DNA from: Fimicolochytrium jonesii
Taxonomy: Eukaryota
DNA length: 64,000 nt
NCBI RefSeq assembly: GCF_025526975.1
Contig: NW_026515697.1
Location: forward strand, 310,001 to 374,000
Direction of reading: 5' to 3'
This document shows positions 33,701-47,300 of the stretch, piece after piece. Position numbers and translations under genes: made by a program. Positions within the stretch are counted from its first letter, which is position 1. Each line of letters begins with the position of its first letter. The notes below the pieces were generated by a model. It saw only the letters and a list, made by a program, of their open reading frames with translations, was not told the DNA's origin and made no database searches.

Positions 33701-36700
33701 TCCAACATCGGGCGAAGAGGGTGGTCGGCGGCGACCGATCTGAGGGGATCCTCCGGGGTGGTATCCGGAGGGGTGGCCGTTGCCTTTCGGTTCGTCAGGA
33801 ACGCACTTTTCTTCGCCTCGACCGTGCGAACGAAGTTAGCCTTGGCTTCGGCGACGTCCGCGAGGGCGTCGTCTGTGGCCAGGTCCACCTCCGTGTCCGT
33901 TCGTGAGACCCATGCGGTACAGACCTCGGTGGTTTTATCCCTCTTGATCGCTCGCTTGAATTGTTTGGCCGTGAGGAAGCCCCCCTCATTTAAGGCCGCG
34001 CGCTTTGGGTAGAAACGGCGGGGGCAAGGGCCCGTATGAGGTTCGAGTAACCGGGCCGCGCAAGCGCTGGGTTGTTGCCATCGGCGGGTGGTGGGTTTAG
34101 CTCGGAAAGTTAGTACGGTTGCGTTATCCTCAAATTGAAGCACCAGGAACCCGTTGTCGCGCCATAAGCGTATGAGGTCAAGGTCCAAGATGTAGGGTAG
34201 CCCTAGGATAACATCCGCGCGGATTGAGGCCACAACGAACGGGACCCGAGGGGTCTTATGAGGTATTTGTTCCTCCGTGAAGACGGACAGGTCGGCACAA
34301 ATCATCCGCGTGGCGCCGTATGATCCGGCTTTGTCACCCCAGCGACCTCGAGGGGCGTGGGACAGTCGTACGTGTTAAGATCATGGCGTTGGGCAAATGA
34401 GTCACTGATGAGCATGGTATTGCAACCAGTGTCTATGAGGATGCGACATAATATGCCGCCGACACGTCCATGGACCATGAACGTGTGCTTGTCAATGACG
34501 GGCCCGGGGCGGTATTCCGGAATGATGTCCTGCAGTCGGGGTCCGGTAGGTCCCTCGGGTTGTCTGGACGCTGAGGCGCTCGGGCGGTCAGGCCCTGGGG
34601 AGACAATCCTGACTGTCAACGGAGTATGCGGGGCTCGGGGGCTCCTCCGCGGCCGAATGGAACTCGTCGTTGTCATCGTCAAAGGCCTCGGCGGGCGCCG
34701 CCGAGATCTTGAGTCGGTCCGGGTTCTTAGGGCATGCTCGGGCGTAGTGGTCCTTGCTGCTGCAAGTTTGACATTCGCCTCGCTGAGTTTTCCTCTCCTT
34801 CCCAAGGGGTACTCGGTTGGAGTTGAAGGTGCGGGGCGTATTGCGCTTGTGGCGAGCCTGGGCCAAAGTGGCCGTTGCGGGTTGGATCTGTTTGCCGTCT
34901 TCCGAAATGCGGGCGATCCGTCGGCATAACCCCTGATGCTGAAGGCCCTCTGGGCGGCTTGCTGGAGGGTCTTGATGGAAATGTCTTCGTCCTCATTGCC
35001 CTGTTGTAGGATGAACTGGTAACACTGCTCACGGATGCAACGTCCGACCTGGTGGAAGGTCAGCCTGTTCAGGAAGTAGTCACGTTCCTGTTGTGCCGTG
35101 AGATGTTCCTTTTTGGGGAGGATAGCGATCTGTGTGGTCAGTGCGTTGAAGGCCGAAACGTAGTCTGACATGCTGTCTTTGAACTTCAGGGCGGCCAGTT
35201 TCGCCTCGACCAAGCTACGGAGGTTGGTGGGGTAGAACCTGCGCCTGAGTGCCTTCAGGAACCGTTCCCGGGTGGCGGGAGGCTCTCCGGAGCGAGCCTC
35301 GAGCTTCCACCGCTCAGCGGCGTCTCCCGACAAGTGGGCTACGAAGTGTTTCACGTCCCCGTCCTCCGTTCTGAATTCGGTGGCTTCCAGATAGCGTAGG
35401 TGGGCGTCAACGAACTCGTCCAGTTTGGCGACCATGTCTTTACCATTAGCCTTACCATTGAACTTGGTCAGCATCTTAGCCAAGGTGGTTCGGAACTCCT
35501 TCTCGGCGGCCGCCTTGCGCTTACGCTCTTCGCTAGCCGCCAAATGGGCCTCGCGGCTAACTCGTACTCCAGCGAAGGGGCTGTCATCTGGGCGGTCCCT
35601 CTCCAGGCGCTCGAATCGCTGCTGGAGTTGGGCGTTGGTGTTGGCCAGCTGGGCTAGGATTTGGAGGATTGTTGCCTGTCCGTTCTCCTGTTGGGCTGGG
35701 GTACGGCTCCTGCGCCGCATGGGGGAGCGGCTTCGGGTCCTTGCCGGGGAGCGGCTGCGGTAGCGGCTTGCTGAGCGGCTCCTTCGACGGGGGGGGAGAT
35801 GCTCCTGCGACCTCATCGTCCGCGCCTGTATCGCTCTGGCATCCGATTCCGGCGTCGGGGTTCCGGGCTTCGACGTCGACGAGATGAGCGTGAGCGGGAG
35901 TGCCTCCTTCCAGGTGGCGACCACGGGGGTGACCCCCTGCGCCTGTGCAAGGGGCGGTTACGCTCTGCGGGGCCGTTGCCTTGGCGTTGGTCGCCGTCGA
36001 GCCGTTGCGCCCTTCGATGCGGGTGTTCAAATGGGTCAAGCTCTAAGCGGTCATTGTTAACTACCGCATAGCTGACGGCGGTATTAGCACTCGCCTAAGA
36101 GTTGCTCATCGTAGGTTGCCGGAGAGATCTTGAAGGGTGGTGCTACCATGTAATAATGCTTGGTCCGTTGCCAGAGGCTAGCTCTGTCTCCGCTCGATGT
36201 ATTGAAAGAATTCTAGAGTTTCTACCTCCCGGGGCGCCGCCCGAAGGCTTTTCTTCCCTTCGGGAGTCACCCCAGAGCGTAGAACTCCAATATAATCTAC
36301 GCTACACGTGATCTCATGCCCTACGCGCTTCCCCGCACTAAGGTGCCACCTGCAGCACCTCATTACACGAGGGCGCATGGATTGCAGCGTGCGCCGGAGT
36401 CCGGCGTAGCCCCCACTGAAGGCCAATCCTCTACTATCTTAGGCATAACCGGGAGAATGTGGTTTCCAGGTTGTCCAAGACGTTGATGCAGAAGTTGGGG
36501 GGTTCTTGAGAAGGAGTAAGTCTATCGTCGTACTGAGCCTGAGCAGTGATCAGGGTACTAAGATCCTCAGGAAGGGCTTGAAGGAAGTCGGCACAGAGCA
36601 CATATTCCGGGAGCCCGGGGAGTTGTCCAGCCAAAAGGTTGAACTGGGCAACAAATTTGGTTAAACCTTGATGGTTAATTGACTTGGGCTTCAGAGCGCG

Positions 36701-38207
36701 CAGTCTGTGAAGAACTTGCGGCGGATGAGTCCGGTGAATGAAGCGCCTCAACATCGCGGAGCGTAATCCGAGTTGCGGGGGCTGTCCATAGGCGTCTTGA
36801 ATATCGTGGCATGAAATTATGGAGAAGCGCCGTTTTCAGGCAGGCTTTTCCACCACTGGAGAGCTGGTCCAGTGAGCGCGTTGACGACAAAGTCTACGCA
36901 TTCGGAAGGCAAAATCATCTGGTACTTCATAATCACGTCGATGTGATCAAGGAACCCTTGAAGCTTGGTAACATTGGGGTCGCCGTTGTAGGTGCTGAGT
37001 TTACTAAGGGTAGTGTTGATGAAGACTTTGGAAGCTGATTTGCCGGCCGTACGGGGTGTTACAGGAGTAACAGGTCTCACAGATGCACTTTCGTGTGGAA
37101 TTTCAGCGAAAGGAGGGCTTTGAGAACGGGTTTGAAAGTAAGGATGCCGTTCCGGGGCTTTATAAGCATATGGGACGGAGTAGGCCATAGCGCGCTGAGG
37201 AGGCGCATGGGGTGCCGGCGACACAGAGGTCATATATGGCACATTTCCCTGGACAGGGCTAGTCGAATATTGAGATCGAGTGCTGTTCACAGGCAACTGA
37301 GCGAGCGGGTTCACGGAGGGGACGGTAGGTCCGCCTTGTTGTGGCACTCGACCCGAATTCAAGAATGAGGTAACCAATCCAGTCAGGGTGGCTATTTGAT
37401 CCTTCATTTGAAGCATCTCCTCTTCCTGCTTGACAGACATAGGTTCTTTCTGAATGGAATCCATCAGGAAGGGGTCGGTCCGCGTGATTCAGGCGCATCC
37501 ACATACGGCGTGGTTGCGTCTTTCCATTCTGCGATAGTAGCAGAAAGTCCCTCCTTCCTCTTCTTCTGGTCCACAAATCCACCAGGCATTTTGTAAGGCG
37601 GGGTAGGTGTTGGTTCACTGCGTAAGTCGGCATGACGGGCTACGCCTTGATTAAGCGGAGTACGTGAGTCAATGCCAGAGCGCTGATTAATAGATTCAGG
37701 ACTCTTAACAGGGGGTTGTTCAACTTTCTTTCCTCCTCCTCTAGTAGCCGCAGGTAGTGGGCCCAGGAGAGCTCCTCCTTGGGACCGCGTAGGCTGAGCA
37801 GAGGGCTTGCCGGCTGTCACTGCAGCTGCGTAGCCCTTCTGAGGTTGGGTTGTTGAATCTTTAGGTGGCCTGGTGCTTTACTAAGAGAGCGGTGACTGGA
37901 GACCGTGAGTTCTTTATCCTGGAACGTCCGCTAGTTGCGGGCGAAGCCAGGGCTCATAACCACTTAGCAGTAGTCGGCAGAGGAAGCAGATGACTGAGCG
38001 ATCTCTATGTAGTGTGCAATGCTGTACTGTGAAGTATGTAGTGTCTTGTGCAGAAAAGTCTGAAGTGTAAAGAGGACGCGAGGTCCGAAGGGGAAGAAAA
38101 GAGTGGAGTCCCTACGTGGAAGCGTGGCGTAAGCGGGAGGGGAGTCAAGTGAGGAAATAAACTACGGGCACCCTAACCGGGGACTTGGGAGGATGATACC
38201 TCCAACA

Positions 38208-40329
38208 GAGTCTTCCCGTTCAGGCATCGCCGCCTTGAATCGTTTAGACTTCTTTTGGGTGTCAAGGACCGCAGATGGGCCGCATTACAGGACGACTGGG
38301 ATTCCCATTTCCTAGTTACTGGTCTGGCAGCCAGGGTGTGTTCAACTTCCTCTGCACGGAAGCGTAGAACAGGAATCTCGTCTTCTATGTGCTCGAAACG
38401 AACATCGTCAAGCATATAGATCCATGACAATCCGAGAATAACATCTACCCGCAGAGGAGCAACCACAAATGGAAGCTGTCCTCTCGAATAATGTCGTCCA
38501 TCTCCCCACAAATGTAGATCGCCACAAAATAACTTCTTGGCGTTGGATGTATGGCCGTTGTTGCCCCAGGCGACATCAATGGGCATTTTAGGGTTAGAGG
38601 TTTGGAAACCATGTTCCGACACCCATCCCTGATGTACCATCAGCGTTGTGCATCCCGTATCAATCAGAATGCGACAAAACTTGCCATTCAACTTGCCATG
38701 AACCACAAATGCCCATCGTGCGATTACCGCATTGGGTTGCAGTTGCAGTGCTCCAGGCCTAGTCTTCAGAACGGTTTCAGTGTCGTCTGGCCGGCACAAG
38801 CGCGCCCCCGCAGCAGACGTATTGCTACAGTCAACAAGTATACCATCAGCGGACTCAGGGTGTATCGCCTCAAGTTCCTCGTCAATGGACACCATTGCAC
38901 AATGAGACGAATAAACGGTGTCTTTATTAAACGTCTCTACCGAAAACTCTTTTTCTGACCAGCGTCCCAATGTGGCTTATCTTTAGTCTCGTCTGACTTC
39001 TTATCCTTCTTCATTGTAGGACAATCTTGCGCACGATGACCCATCTCGCTACAATCGAAACACTTCATGTGCAAGAGGTCTGGGAGTGCGTAAGGTTTAG
39101 TAGCTTCCGCCTTCTTAGCTTTCCCCCCCTTCTTGCCTGCAGTACCCGCGGCAGAAGAGACATTAGCATTTTTAGGCGCACTACTACCAGAAGTAACCCC
39201 TTAATCGTTTGCGTCGGTGCCCTTCTCGGTGAGACGACGTACAGCAAACAAACTGAGCGCACGATCCATCGAGCAAATCAATGGAAATGCAAGCAGAGGG
39301 TGTTGCTCCCTATAATCAACCATCGTATGCAACAACGACTGGCCGATCTCGTAGCCGAAGGTGTTGGTCTTATCGTGAGTAAGACCGCGAAGAAACACGT
39401 CATTCAAATCGTCAGGGGTGATAACCCCCAGGTTGCGCTGTGCCTCGGCAACGGTACGTTTGAACTCCATCACTTACAAATCCATCGACTTATGAAAAGT
39501 CATTCGGTGCAGAGCGTTGAGCGCATTTGTTTTCGCGTTCGTAGGATAGAAGGCTAACTTGAAAGCCGTTTCAAAATCCTCTTTCCGCATGTCAAGCCTG
39601 CATGCGGTGTCAAACCAGGTACATGCGTCGCCTTCGAGCGAGCTAGATACCTTCTGCATGTACTTAAAGTCGTCAACCGGAAGACAAAAAGTAACCATGA
39701 AGTCCGTATGCTTGTGCAAAAACGTGTCGACAAAAGCGGCCTCGTGCTGTTTGCCATTAAACGGATGCTGCGAGATCCATGTACCATGGTGTCTATGCTG
39801 CTTGATATAGAACAGGTCCACCACCCCATCCTGCAGCACATCACGTCGCATTGCGGAGTCACGCTCCAACGTAGCTTGCAGACGATCCTGTGGAGCCTGA
39901 TGATCCTCGGGATGTTGATCGCAAACTTCTGCTCGAGCGGCAGCCGCAGCAGCCCTCATTCGGGCATTAAGCTTCTTGATGGAGATCGTGGACATAGCCG
40001 TAGCAGGCGGGTTACCAGCAGGAGGTGGAGGAAGTCCACCAACCTGGATACCCTCCATTGGAAAAGGTCCTGTCGTTCGAGGAGGAAGAGGAAGGCAAAC
40101 TTCAACAAGAGGTTCATCAACCGACATTTCCGGCTCCTCAACGATCTCATCAATACCAGCTGTACCCCCAGGAGTAGTTTCCTCACTCCTGGTAACTGTA
40201 CTACCCGGTGATGTACTCATGACGACCTTCTGGCCAGTGTAATCTCGTTTTCAGGTCAAATAACCTCAAACAACGACGAATACGTCCCCAATGCGGACAG
40301 AAGTACTCCGTTGATGCTGTTTAGCTCAG
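38208..40329 (-). mobile_element. Gypsy gag plus protease (probably the 5' half of Gy4)
   Basis: SSLEGDACTWF..FKLAFYPTN gag; CFDCSEMGHRAQDC at about 39024-39066; RILIDTGCT..DVILGLSW protease. Same strand as 25492-27281. Confidence 0.88.
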
Positions 40330-41007
40330 TACCTCAAGCAAATACACACAAACAACTAGGTTTCGAATTAGGTATATGCCATATGCAATAACCAAAATTC
40401 GGGCATAGATTTTCCCCGAAAAATCCCCAAAATCCACCGTGTCCGATGTCAGCGGGTTTCGGTTACGTTGATCCTAGACTGGATCTGTTTAAAGAGGCCT
40501 TTGAGAGAATCAAGAAGAAACCCTAACGGCTTAGCTTCGTCCCAAAACTGAGAGACTTTTGCTATCCGTCTGTTTTCGCTTAAGTACCAAATTAACGACA
40601 AAGGTGATGACGGATAACTTGTTTTGCAGTGATTAAAAAATCCCAAAACATTTGCTATACGGAGGTTATAGTGGCAACGATTTAGCGTGTTTTTCGATAT
40701 CTCCGTATCTGTAGGTCGAATCACTTTGAAACTTTCCCAAGTCTTCAAGCTCAGTGTGCTCTACGGGGTTTCCGAGGTTTGAAGTGCATCGGATGACTGG
40801 GGTAGATTTCTGATCCGCGAACGGGTTACTAATTGGCTACTAGTAAACACGCGTTTATGTCGACTACGTGTCGACCGATGAACGAATATTCTCAAGATGT
40901 TGATATACCGAAAGAGTAAGGTATGGATGGCAAACTGTGAGTTACAGAGGTTTATTCTGTGATGATTGCTACGTCCGCAATTTCGAGATGCTTAAGTTGC
41001 CGACGTG
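40330..41007. repeat. Longer copy of the non-coding repeat at 12738-13150
   Basis: Inverted match sharing the same Co2 LTR junction (CACGT). Confidence 0.65.
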
Positions 41008-43106
41008 TATTGAAACCTTAGCTGATATAGGTGTATCTGAGAGGTCACTAAGACAGGTTCGCCGATGACTGCGGGACGTAGCTGCCCAAAGGGCAGTGTT
41101 GTGATGTAGAAGCAGTAGTGTAGCTAAATTAGTGCGATAGAAAGTAGTGTATTGAAGAGGATAAAGTGAAGAGAGGGGATGGGCAACAGGTCCGCCTTGT
41201 ATACGAATCTGGGGCTTCTTTCTTCCGGATTTAGCTATGTGCTGGGGCGTCCAAAGCACCCTCTGAGACCCCCTCAGAACGCCCAAGGCGTCTCTGAGTG
41301 CCGCAGTTAAGGTGGGTAAGGTTTTGCCAAGTCTGTGTAGCCTGCTGATGCCCCCATGGACGTCTGCCAAGTCCGCGGAGCCTGCGGAAGGTGCTACAGG
41401 CTTCCACAAGCTCAATAGCACCCAATCTAGCTACCACAACCCGATCACAGCTCCATACGGGCACTACTGACCGCCATGAGCTCTAAGAACATCATGAAAG
41501 CGCAGTGCTGATGCCTGGATGTCTGGGAAACGGTCCAGACATCTTCAGAGCCTTCCAAGACGCGTCCTAAGTCTGCAGAGCCTTCTAAGTGCCGCACCTT
41601 GATGCTATCTCAATACTCCCTCTCACTTGAAGGCTCTGCAGCCTCTAAGTGCATCGCAGCTCTCAGACGTGTGAAGTCTGGCATGGGGAGGGGCTTGGTG
41701 GGCGCATCAGCTATCATCTCTTTTGTTGGGCAGTATTGGAGGATAACTGTCTTGTGTGCGCCTTGTTCACGAATGAAGTGGTATCAGATGTCGATGTGCT
41801 TGGTTTGTGCATGGTGAACTGGGTTTGTGGCGAGTGCCATAGCTCCTTGGTTGTCTTCCCAGATGACTGTGGGGTCTTGGACGAGTCCTGTCTTGTCCTG
41901 ATGCATGCTCAGTTCTCTGAGTAGACATCTGAGCCACATGGCTTCTTTACAGGCGTCTGTAAGTGCCATGTACTCGCCTTCAGTGGAGGAGAGTGCTGTA
42001 GTGCGTTGTTTGCGTGATTTCCAGCTTACAGGACCGTCGAAGGTGAAGAGGTACCTTGTGGCTGATCTTCGAGTTTCTGGGCAGCCTCCCCAGTCTGAGT
42101 CTGACCATCCCACGAGTTTGGGGGTTCCTTGGACGGCTTCCAGTCGAAGTTGGTAGTGTTTGGTTGTCTTGAGATACGCCAGAATGCGTTTAGCAGGTTT
42201 CCAATGTCCTTTGCCTGGATTGGCTAAGAACTGGCTCACAGCTCCAACTGCTTGGGCTATGGCTGGTCTTGTGCCGATCATTGCGTAGATCAGACTGTCT
42301 ACAATGGCTCGATAGGGCTTGTTCTGCATCTCTGCAGTCTCTTCAGGCGTTTGAGGTGCCATTTCCTTTGTCAGAGGGCTTCCCACGACGCTGGGAGTTG
42401 ATACAGGCTTGCAATCGGTCATCCCATATGTTTCAAGGCATTTCCAATGTACCCAGTCTAGTTGAGCGCCAGGAGTCGTTTGGCTCGGTCTCGAGTGACT
42501 AGGAGACCCAGGAAGTAGTGCAGGGCACCTAGATCACGCATTTCGTACGCCTTCTGAAGTTCCTTGGCCTTGAAGCTGTCAAGATCGAGTCTCTTGTTGC
42601 TCAAAAGTATGAGATCGTCCACATAAAGGATCAGGATGAGTAGCCAGTCGTCAAAGAACCTGATATAGACGCAATGGTCTGAATCAAGACGAGTGAAGCC
42701 TTTCTCAACGAGAGTGCCATGGATTTCGATGTTCCATTCCCTGGGGGCTTGTTTAAGACCATAGAGTGTCTTCTTGAGTTTAAGCACAAGATGCTCTTCT
42801 CCTGGCTTGATTTAGCCTGGTGGCTGCTTCATATAGATCTGCTCACTGAGTGTCGGGTTCTGGAATATGGTCGATACGTCCATTTCATCCATTTCGAGGT
42901 CCTGAGCTGCTCCCCACGACAGGAGTAGCCAAATGGTGTCGAACTTGGCTACTGGGGCAAAAGTCTCATTGTAGGCACCTTCCTCTTCTTGTGAGAAGCC
43001 TTGGGTGACTAGTCTGGCCTTGTAGCGTTCGATACTGCCATCAGCATTCGTCCTGATCTTGTAAATTCACTTGCAGCCGACAAGGTTGCGATCTTTGGGT
43101 GCTGGA
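41008..43106 (-). mobile_element. Co2 3' part: RT, RNase H, PPT and 3' LTR (41008-41615)
   Basis: LYGLKQAPREW, LYVDD, WSDSDWGG, SSTEGEY, KHIDI. PPT gagagggag abuts TATTGAG. Confidence 0.93.
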
Positions 43107-43363
43107 CTGGGCTAGTTCGCGTCCAGTGATTGTCTTCTTGATCGGTGTCAGAATCACATGTCTGGAAAGGTAATCAATGCAGACGAGACGAGAGTTTGTT
43201 TCATCTACTTCGAAAATGTTGAATCCGACCGTGTGCCATCTTCCAAAAGGTATAGGAAGGGGTCGAACAAATCCGTATCGACGATGACCAGGTTTGAATT
43301 GTTGACAGGATTTGCAAGTTCCCACGTATTTAATAACGTCGGAGCGTACGGTAGGCCAGTAAT
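43107..43363 (-). mobile_element. Gy3 integrase fragment
   Basis: Matches 24486-24745. Confidence 0.88.
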
Positions 43364-44371
43364 AGAATGGCTCCAGGACTACAAGACGCTGGAAACCGAG
43401 ATCCAGGTCCAGCTTGCTGACAGCCGGTCAGTCCTAGCCATCGGAACAGGCTCCATCTCGATCAGAACGCCCGGGGAGCACGCTGGCACCCTTCAAAACG
43501 TCTGGTTCGTTCCCAAACTCGAAGAGAACCTCATCTCAGTAGCCCAGCTGACTGAGAACGGAGCACAGGTCGAGTTCTCGAGTGCAGAGTGCACAACCAA
43601 GACCAATGACGGTGATCTCACCTTCAGAGCTCTCAAGGAGAACGGTCTGTACACCATGACAGCCGAGGTTTTCCCTGAACATGCGTACTCAGCAGGAGCA
43701 CTTTGTAGCACACCCTTTCATATCTGGCATCAGAGACTCGGTCATCTGAATACCCAAGACATCCAGAAGCTCACCAACGGCTACCAACGTCACATCAGAG
43801 TCACCGGACATCCTGATGGCCACATCTGCGAAGTCTGCTCGCTCTCCAAGCAGTCCAGAGCTCTTTTCCCGAAGAAAAAAGCTTCCCGAGCCACAGACGT
43901 CCTGGCACTCGTCCACACTGATCTCTGTGGCCCCAAGGGGATGTCTACCTTTTGGGGATGTACCTACTTCGCATCAAGGATTGATGCCAAGTCCAGAATC
44001 GTCTGGGTCAACCTCCTGCGCAAGAAAAGCGATACCTTTGATGCCTGGGAGGAATACAAGGCTCTTATGGAGAAACAGACCGGGAGATCAATCAAAGTCC
44101 TCAGATCGGACAAAGGAGGCGAATACAAATCCATCCAATTCGCCCTTGCACTCAGAAAGACTAGAATCCAACCCCAGCGCGCTGCTACCGACACCCCACA
44201 GCGAAGCGGAGTAGCGGAACATATGAATCGAACTCTGGTCGAATTGGCACGCTGCCTGCTCACCCAGGCTGGTCTCGGACAGGAATACTGGGGAGAAGCT
44301 CTGCTTGCAGCTGTCCACATTTGAAATCATTGCCCTACGGCTGCCCTAGACAACTTCAAGACGCCGTATGA
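43364..44371 (+). mobile_element. Co2 fragment: protease end, GAG-pre-integrase and integrase core
   Basis: WHQRLGH..CEVC, VHTDLCGP, LRSDKGGEY; matches 46143-47150. Confidence 0.92.
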
Positions 44372-47300
44372 TATTGAGATAGCATCAAGATGCGGCACTT
44401 AGAAGGCTCTGCAAGACTTGGGACGCGTCTGGGGAGGCTCTGAAGATGTCTGGACCGTTTCCCAGACATCCAGGCATCAGCACTGCGCTTTCATGATGTT
44501 CTTAGAGCTCATGGCGGTCAGTAGTGCCCGTATGGAGCTGTGATCGGGTTGTAGTAGCTAGATTGGGTTTTATTGAGCTTGTGGAAGCCTGTAGCACCTT
44601 CCGCGGGCTCCGCGGACTTGGCAGACGTCCATGGGGGCATCAGCAGGCTACACAGACTTGGCAAAACCTGACCAACCTTAACTGGGGCACTCAGAGACGC
44701 CTTGGGCGTTCTGAAGGGGTCTCAGAGGGTGCTTTGGACGCACCAGCACATAGCTAAATCCCCAAGAAAGAAGCCCTAGATCCGTATAAAAGGCAGACCT
44801 GTTGCCCATCCCCTGTCTTCGATTTATCCTCTTCAATACACTATGTTCCACATCACAACACTGCCCTTTGGGCAGCTATGTCCCTCAGTCATCGGCGAAC
44901 CAGTCTTAGTGACCTCCGAGATACACCTATATCAGCTAAGGTTCAGTACGTTATGAGCCCTGAGCTTTATCATCACTAAAACGGTGTTCGCCAATCCCAT
45001 TCAAGACGTTTCCAACCCCCGACGGACGCTCCCTACGCCCTACTCTCGACAAATCCCTCCAAAACCACGAATTTCCGACCGAAAAACGCGCCAAAGTGCT
45101 CAACTCGACAAGATACGCACTGCTTGACACCCAAAACGCGTCCAACAATACAGCATCATCCAAAAAACGCGTCCACACACCCGAAACAGACGACTTTAGC
45201 TCGAACACTCAATGGCTGGAGACTCAGAGACTTCGAAACTTATGGTGGATAAGTTCACAGGGGAGAACTATCATCTATGGAAGTTTAGGATGATGATGAT
45301 GTTGAAGGGGAAGGGACTTTGGGTGGCAGTGGAAGCTGGGACAAAGGAGAAGGAAGGAGCTACGGCTACAGCAAGCTCGTCGCAGGGAAAGGGGGCAGAA
45401 GGGGAAGAGGAGGAGTTGATGGAGAGGAAGGACAAGAGGGCTTTAACATACATCTGCCTCAGTCTGAACAACACGCAGCTTATGCATGTGCATACAGCTC
45501 AGACGGCTTGGGAAGCCTGGTCTAAGCTAGCTGTGGTGCACAAACGAACGGGGCTCGCCAGCAAGCTCTTCCTTTGTCGAAAGTTCCTTACCATCACTAT
45601 GGACGAGTCTGACTCGATCACAAACCACATCAACAATGTCAGACAGCTTGCACAACAGCTGGAGGCTATCGGCGCACCAGTACCCGAAGACGATATCATG
45701 ACGACCTTGATATACAGCTTACCAAACAGCTACAAACAAGTCATCACGAGCCTCGAAAGCAGGGCAGATGACTTAGACGTGGAGTTCTTGACGGCCAGAC
45801 TTCTGAATGAAGAGCTAGGCGCAAGGAGAACTCGAAACCAGTCAGATCGACTGGAAACGCCTTCGTTGGGGACGGGGGACACCAGCAGGAGGCTGGGGGT
45901 TCAGCCAGGTTCGCCAGGAAGAAGGGAAAGTGCCATCGCTGTGGTATTGATGGGCACTGGAAGAATGAGTGCAAGAAGCTCAAACGAGAGCTAGCACAAG
46001 CCAACAATGCAAATCGAGCCAAACCACACCAGGCCAGCCAGGGAACCGGGTTCCTCTTCATGGCAGCTATGAAACGCACGGAAGTCAGCCCAGGGTGCTG
46101 GATTATCGACTCAGGAGCCTCCTCACACATGACACACGTCAGGGAATGGCTCCAGGACTACAAGACGCTGGAAACTGAGATTCAAGTCCAGCTAGCTGAT
46201 AACCGGTCAGTCCTAGCCATCGGAACAGGCTCCATCTCGATTAGAACACAAGGAAAGCACGCTGGCACCCTTTGAAACGTCTGGTTTGTTCCCAATCTGG
46301 AAAAGAACCTCATCTCAGTAGCCCAGCTGACTGAGAACGGAGCACAAGTTGAGTTTTCGAGTGCAGAATGCACAATCAAGACCAGGGACGGCGCTCTCGC
46401 CTTCAGAGCTCTCAAGGACAACGGCCTGTACACCATGACAGCCCAGGCTACCCCTGAACACGCCTACTCAGCAGGAGCACCTCGTAGCACACCCTTTCAT
46501 ATCTGGCATCAGAGACTCGGGCATCTGAATGCCCAAGACGTCCAGAAGCTCACCAACGGCTACCAACGCAACATCAGAGTCACCGGGCACCCTGATGGCC
46601 ACATCTGCGAAGTCTGCGCGCTCTCCAAGCAATTCAGAGCTCCCTTTCCAAAGAAACAAGCTGCCAGAGCCACAGAAGTACTGGCACTCGTCCACACTGA
46701 CCTCTGTGGCCCCATGAGGACGTCTAACTTTGGGGGATGTACTTACTTCGCATCATGGATTGATGACAAGTCCAGAATCATCTGGGTCAAGCTCCTACGC
46801 AAGAAAAGCGATACCTTTAATGCATGGGAGGATTACAAGGCACTTATGGAGAAACAGACTGGGAAATCCATCAAAGTCCTCAGATCAGACAAAGGAGGCG
46901 AATACGAATCCCTCCAGTTCGCCCTCGCACTCAGAAAGGCTGGAATCCAACATCAGCGCGCTGCTACCGACACCCGACAGCAGAACGGAGTAGCGGAACG
47001 TATGAATCGGACTTTAGTTGAAATGGCACGCTGCCTACTCACCCAGGCTGGTCATGGACACGAGTACTGGGGAGAACCGCTGCTTGCAGCTGTCCACATT
47101 AGAAATCGCTGCCCTACGGTTGCCCTAGACAACTCCAAGACGCCATACGAAGCCTTCTTTGGTCGCAAACCCATCCTCCTTCATCTCAGAGTATTTGGAT
47201 GCATAGCCTATGCTATGGTACTCAAGAAAAACCGAGGAAAACTGGACAACAAAGCCAAGAAGTGCCTCTTTCTAGGCTATAGCTCTTCCAGCAAAGCCTG

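Larger units (their letters stand above)
28331..36367 (-). mobile_element. Full-length degenerate Gypsy chromovirus Gy2 with an antisense cargo gene
   Basis: 219-bp LTRs 28331-28549 and 36149-36367 (TGTAAT...ATTACA); PBS TGGTAGCACCAC; PPT aagggggg; degenerate TSD ggaga/cgagg (cgaga at the Co1 target). gag, CQTCSSKDHYARAC, LIDTG, YLDD, RNase H, integrase, chromodomain. Confidence 0.96.
27282..38207 (-). mobile_element. Co1 copy 2 (5' LTR 37962-38207; knuckle and protease deleted; 3'-truncated after the chromodomain), interrupted by Gy2
   Basis: Reverse-complement match to 4965-8625. The flanks at 28330 and 36368 rejoin as Co1 sequence. Confidence 0.93.
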
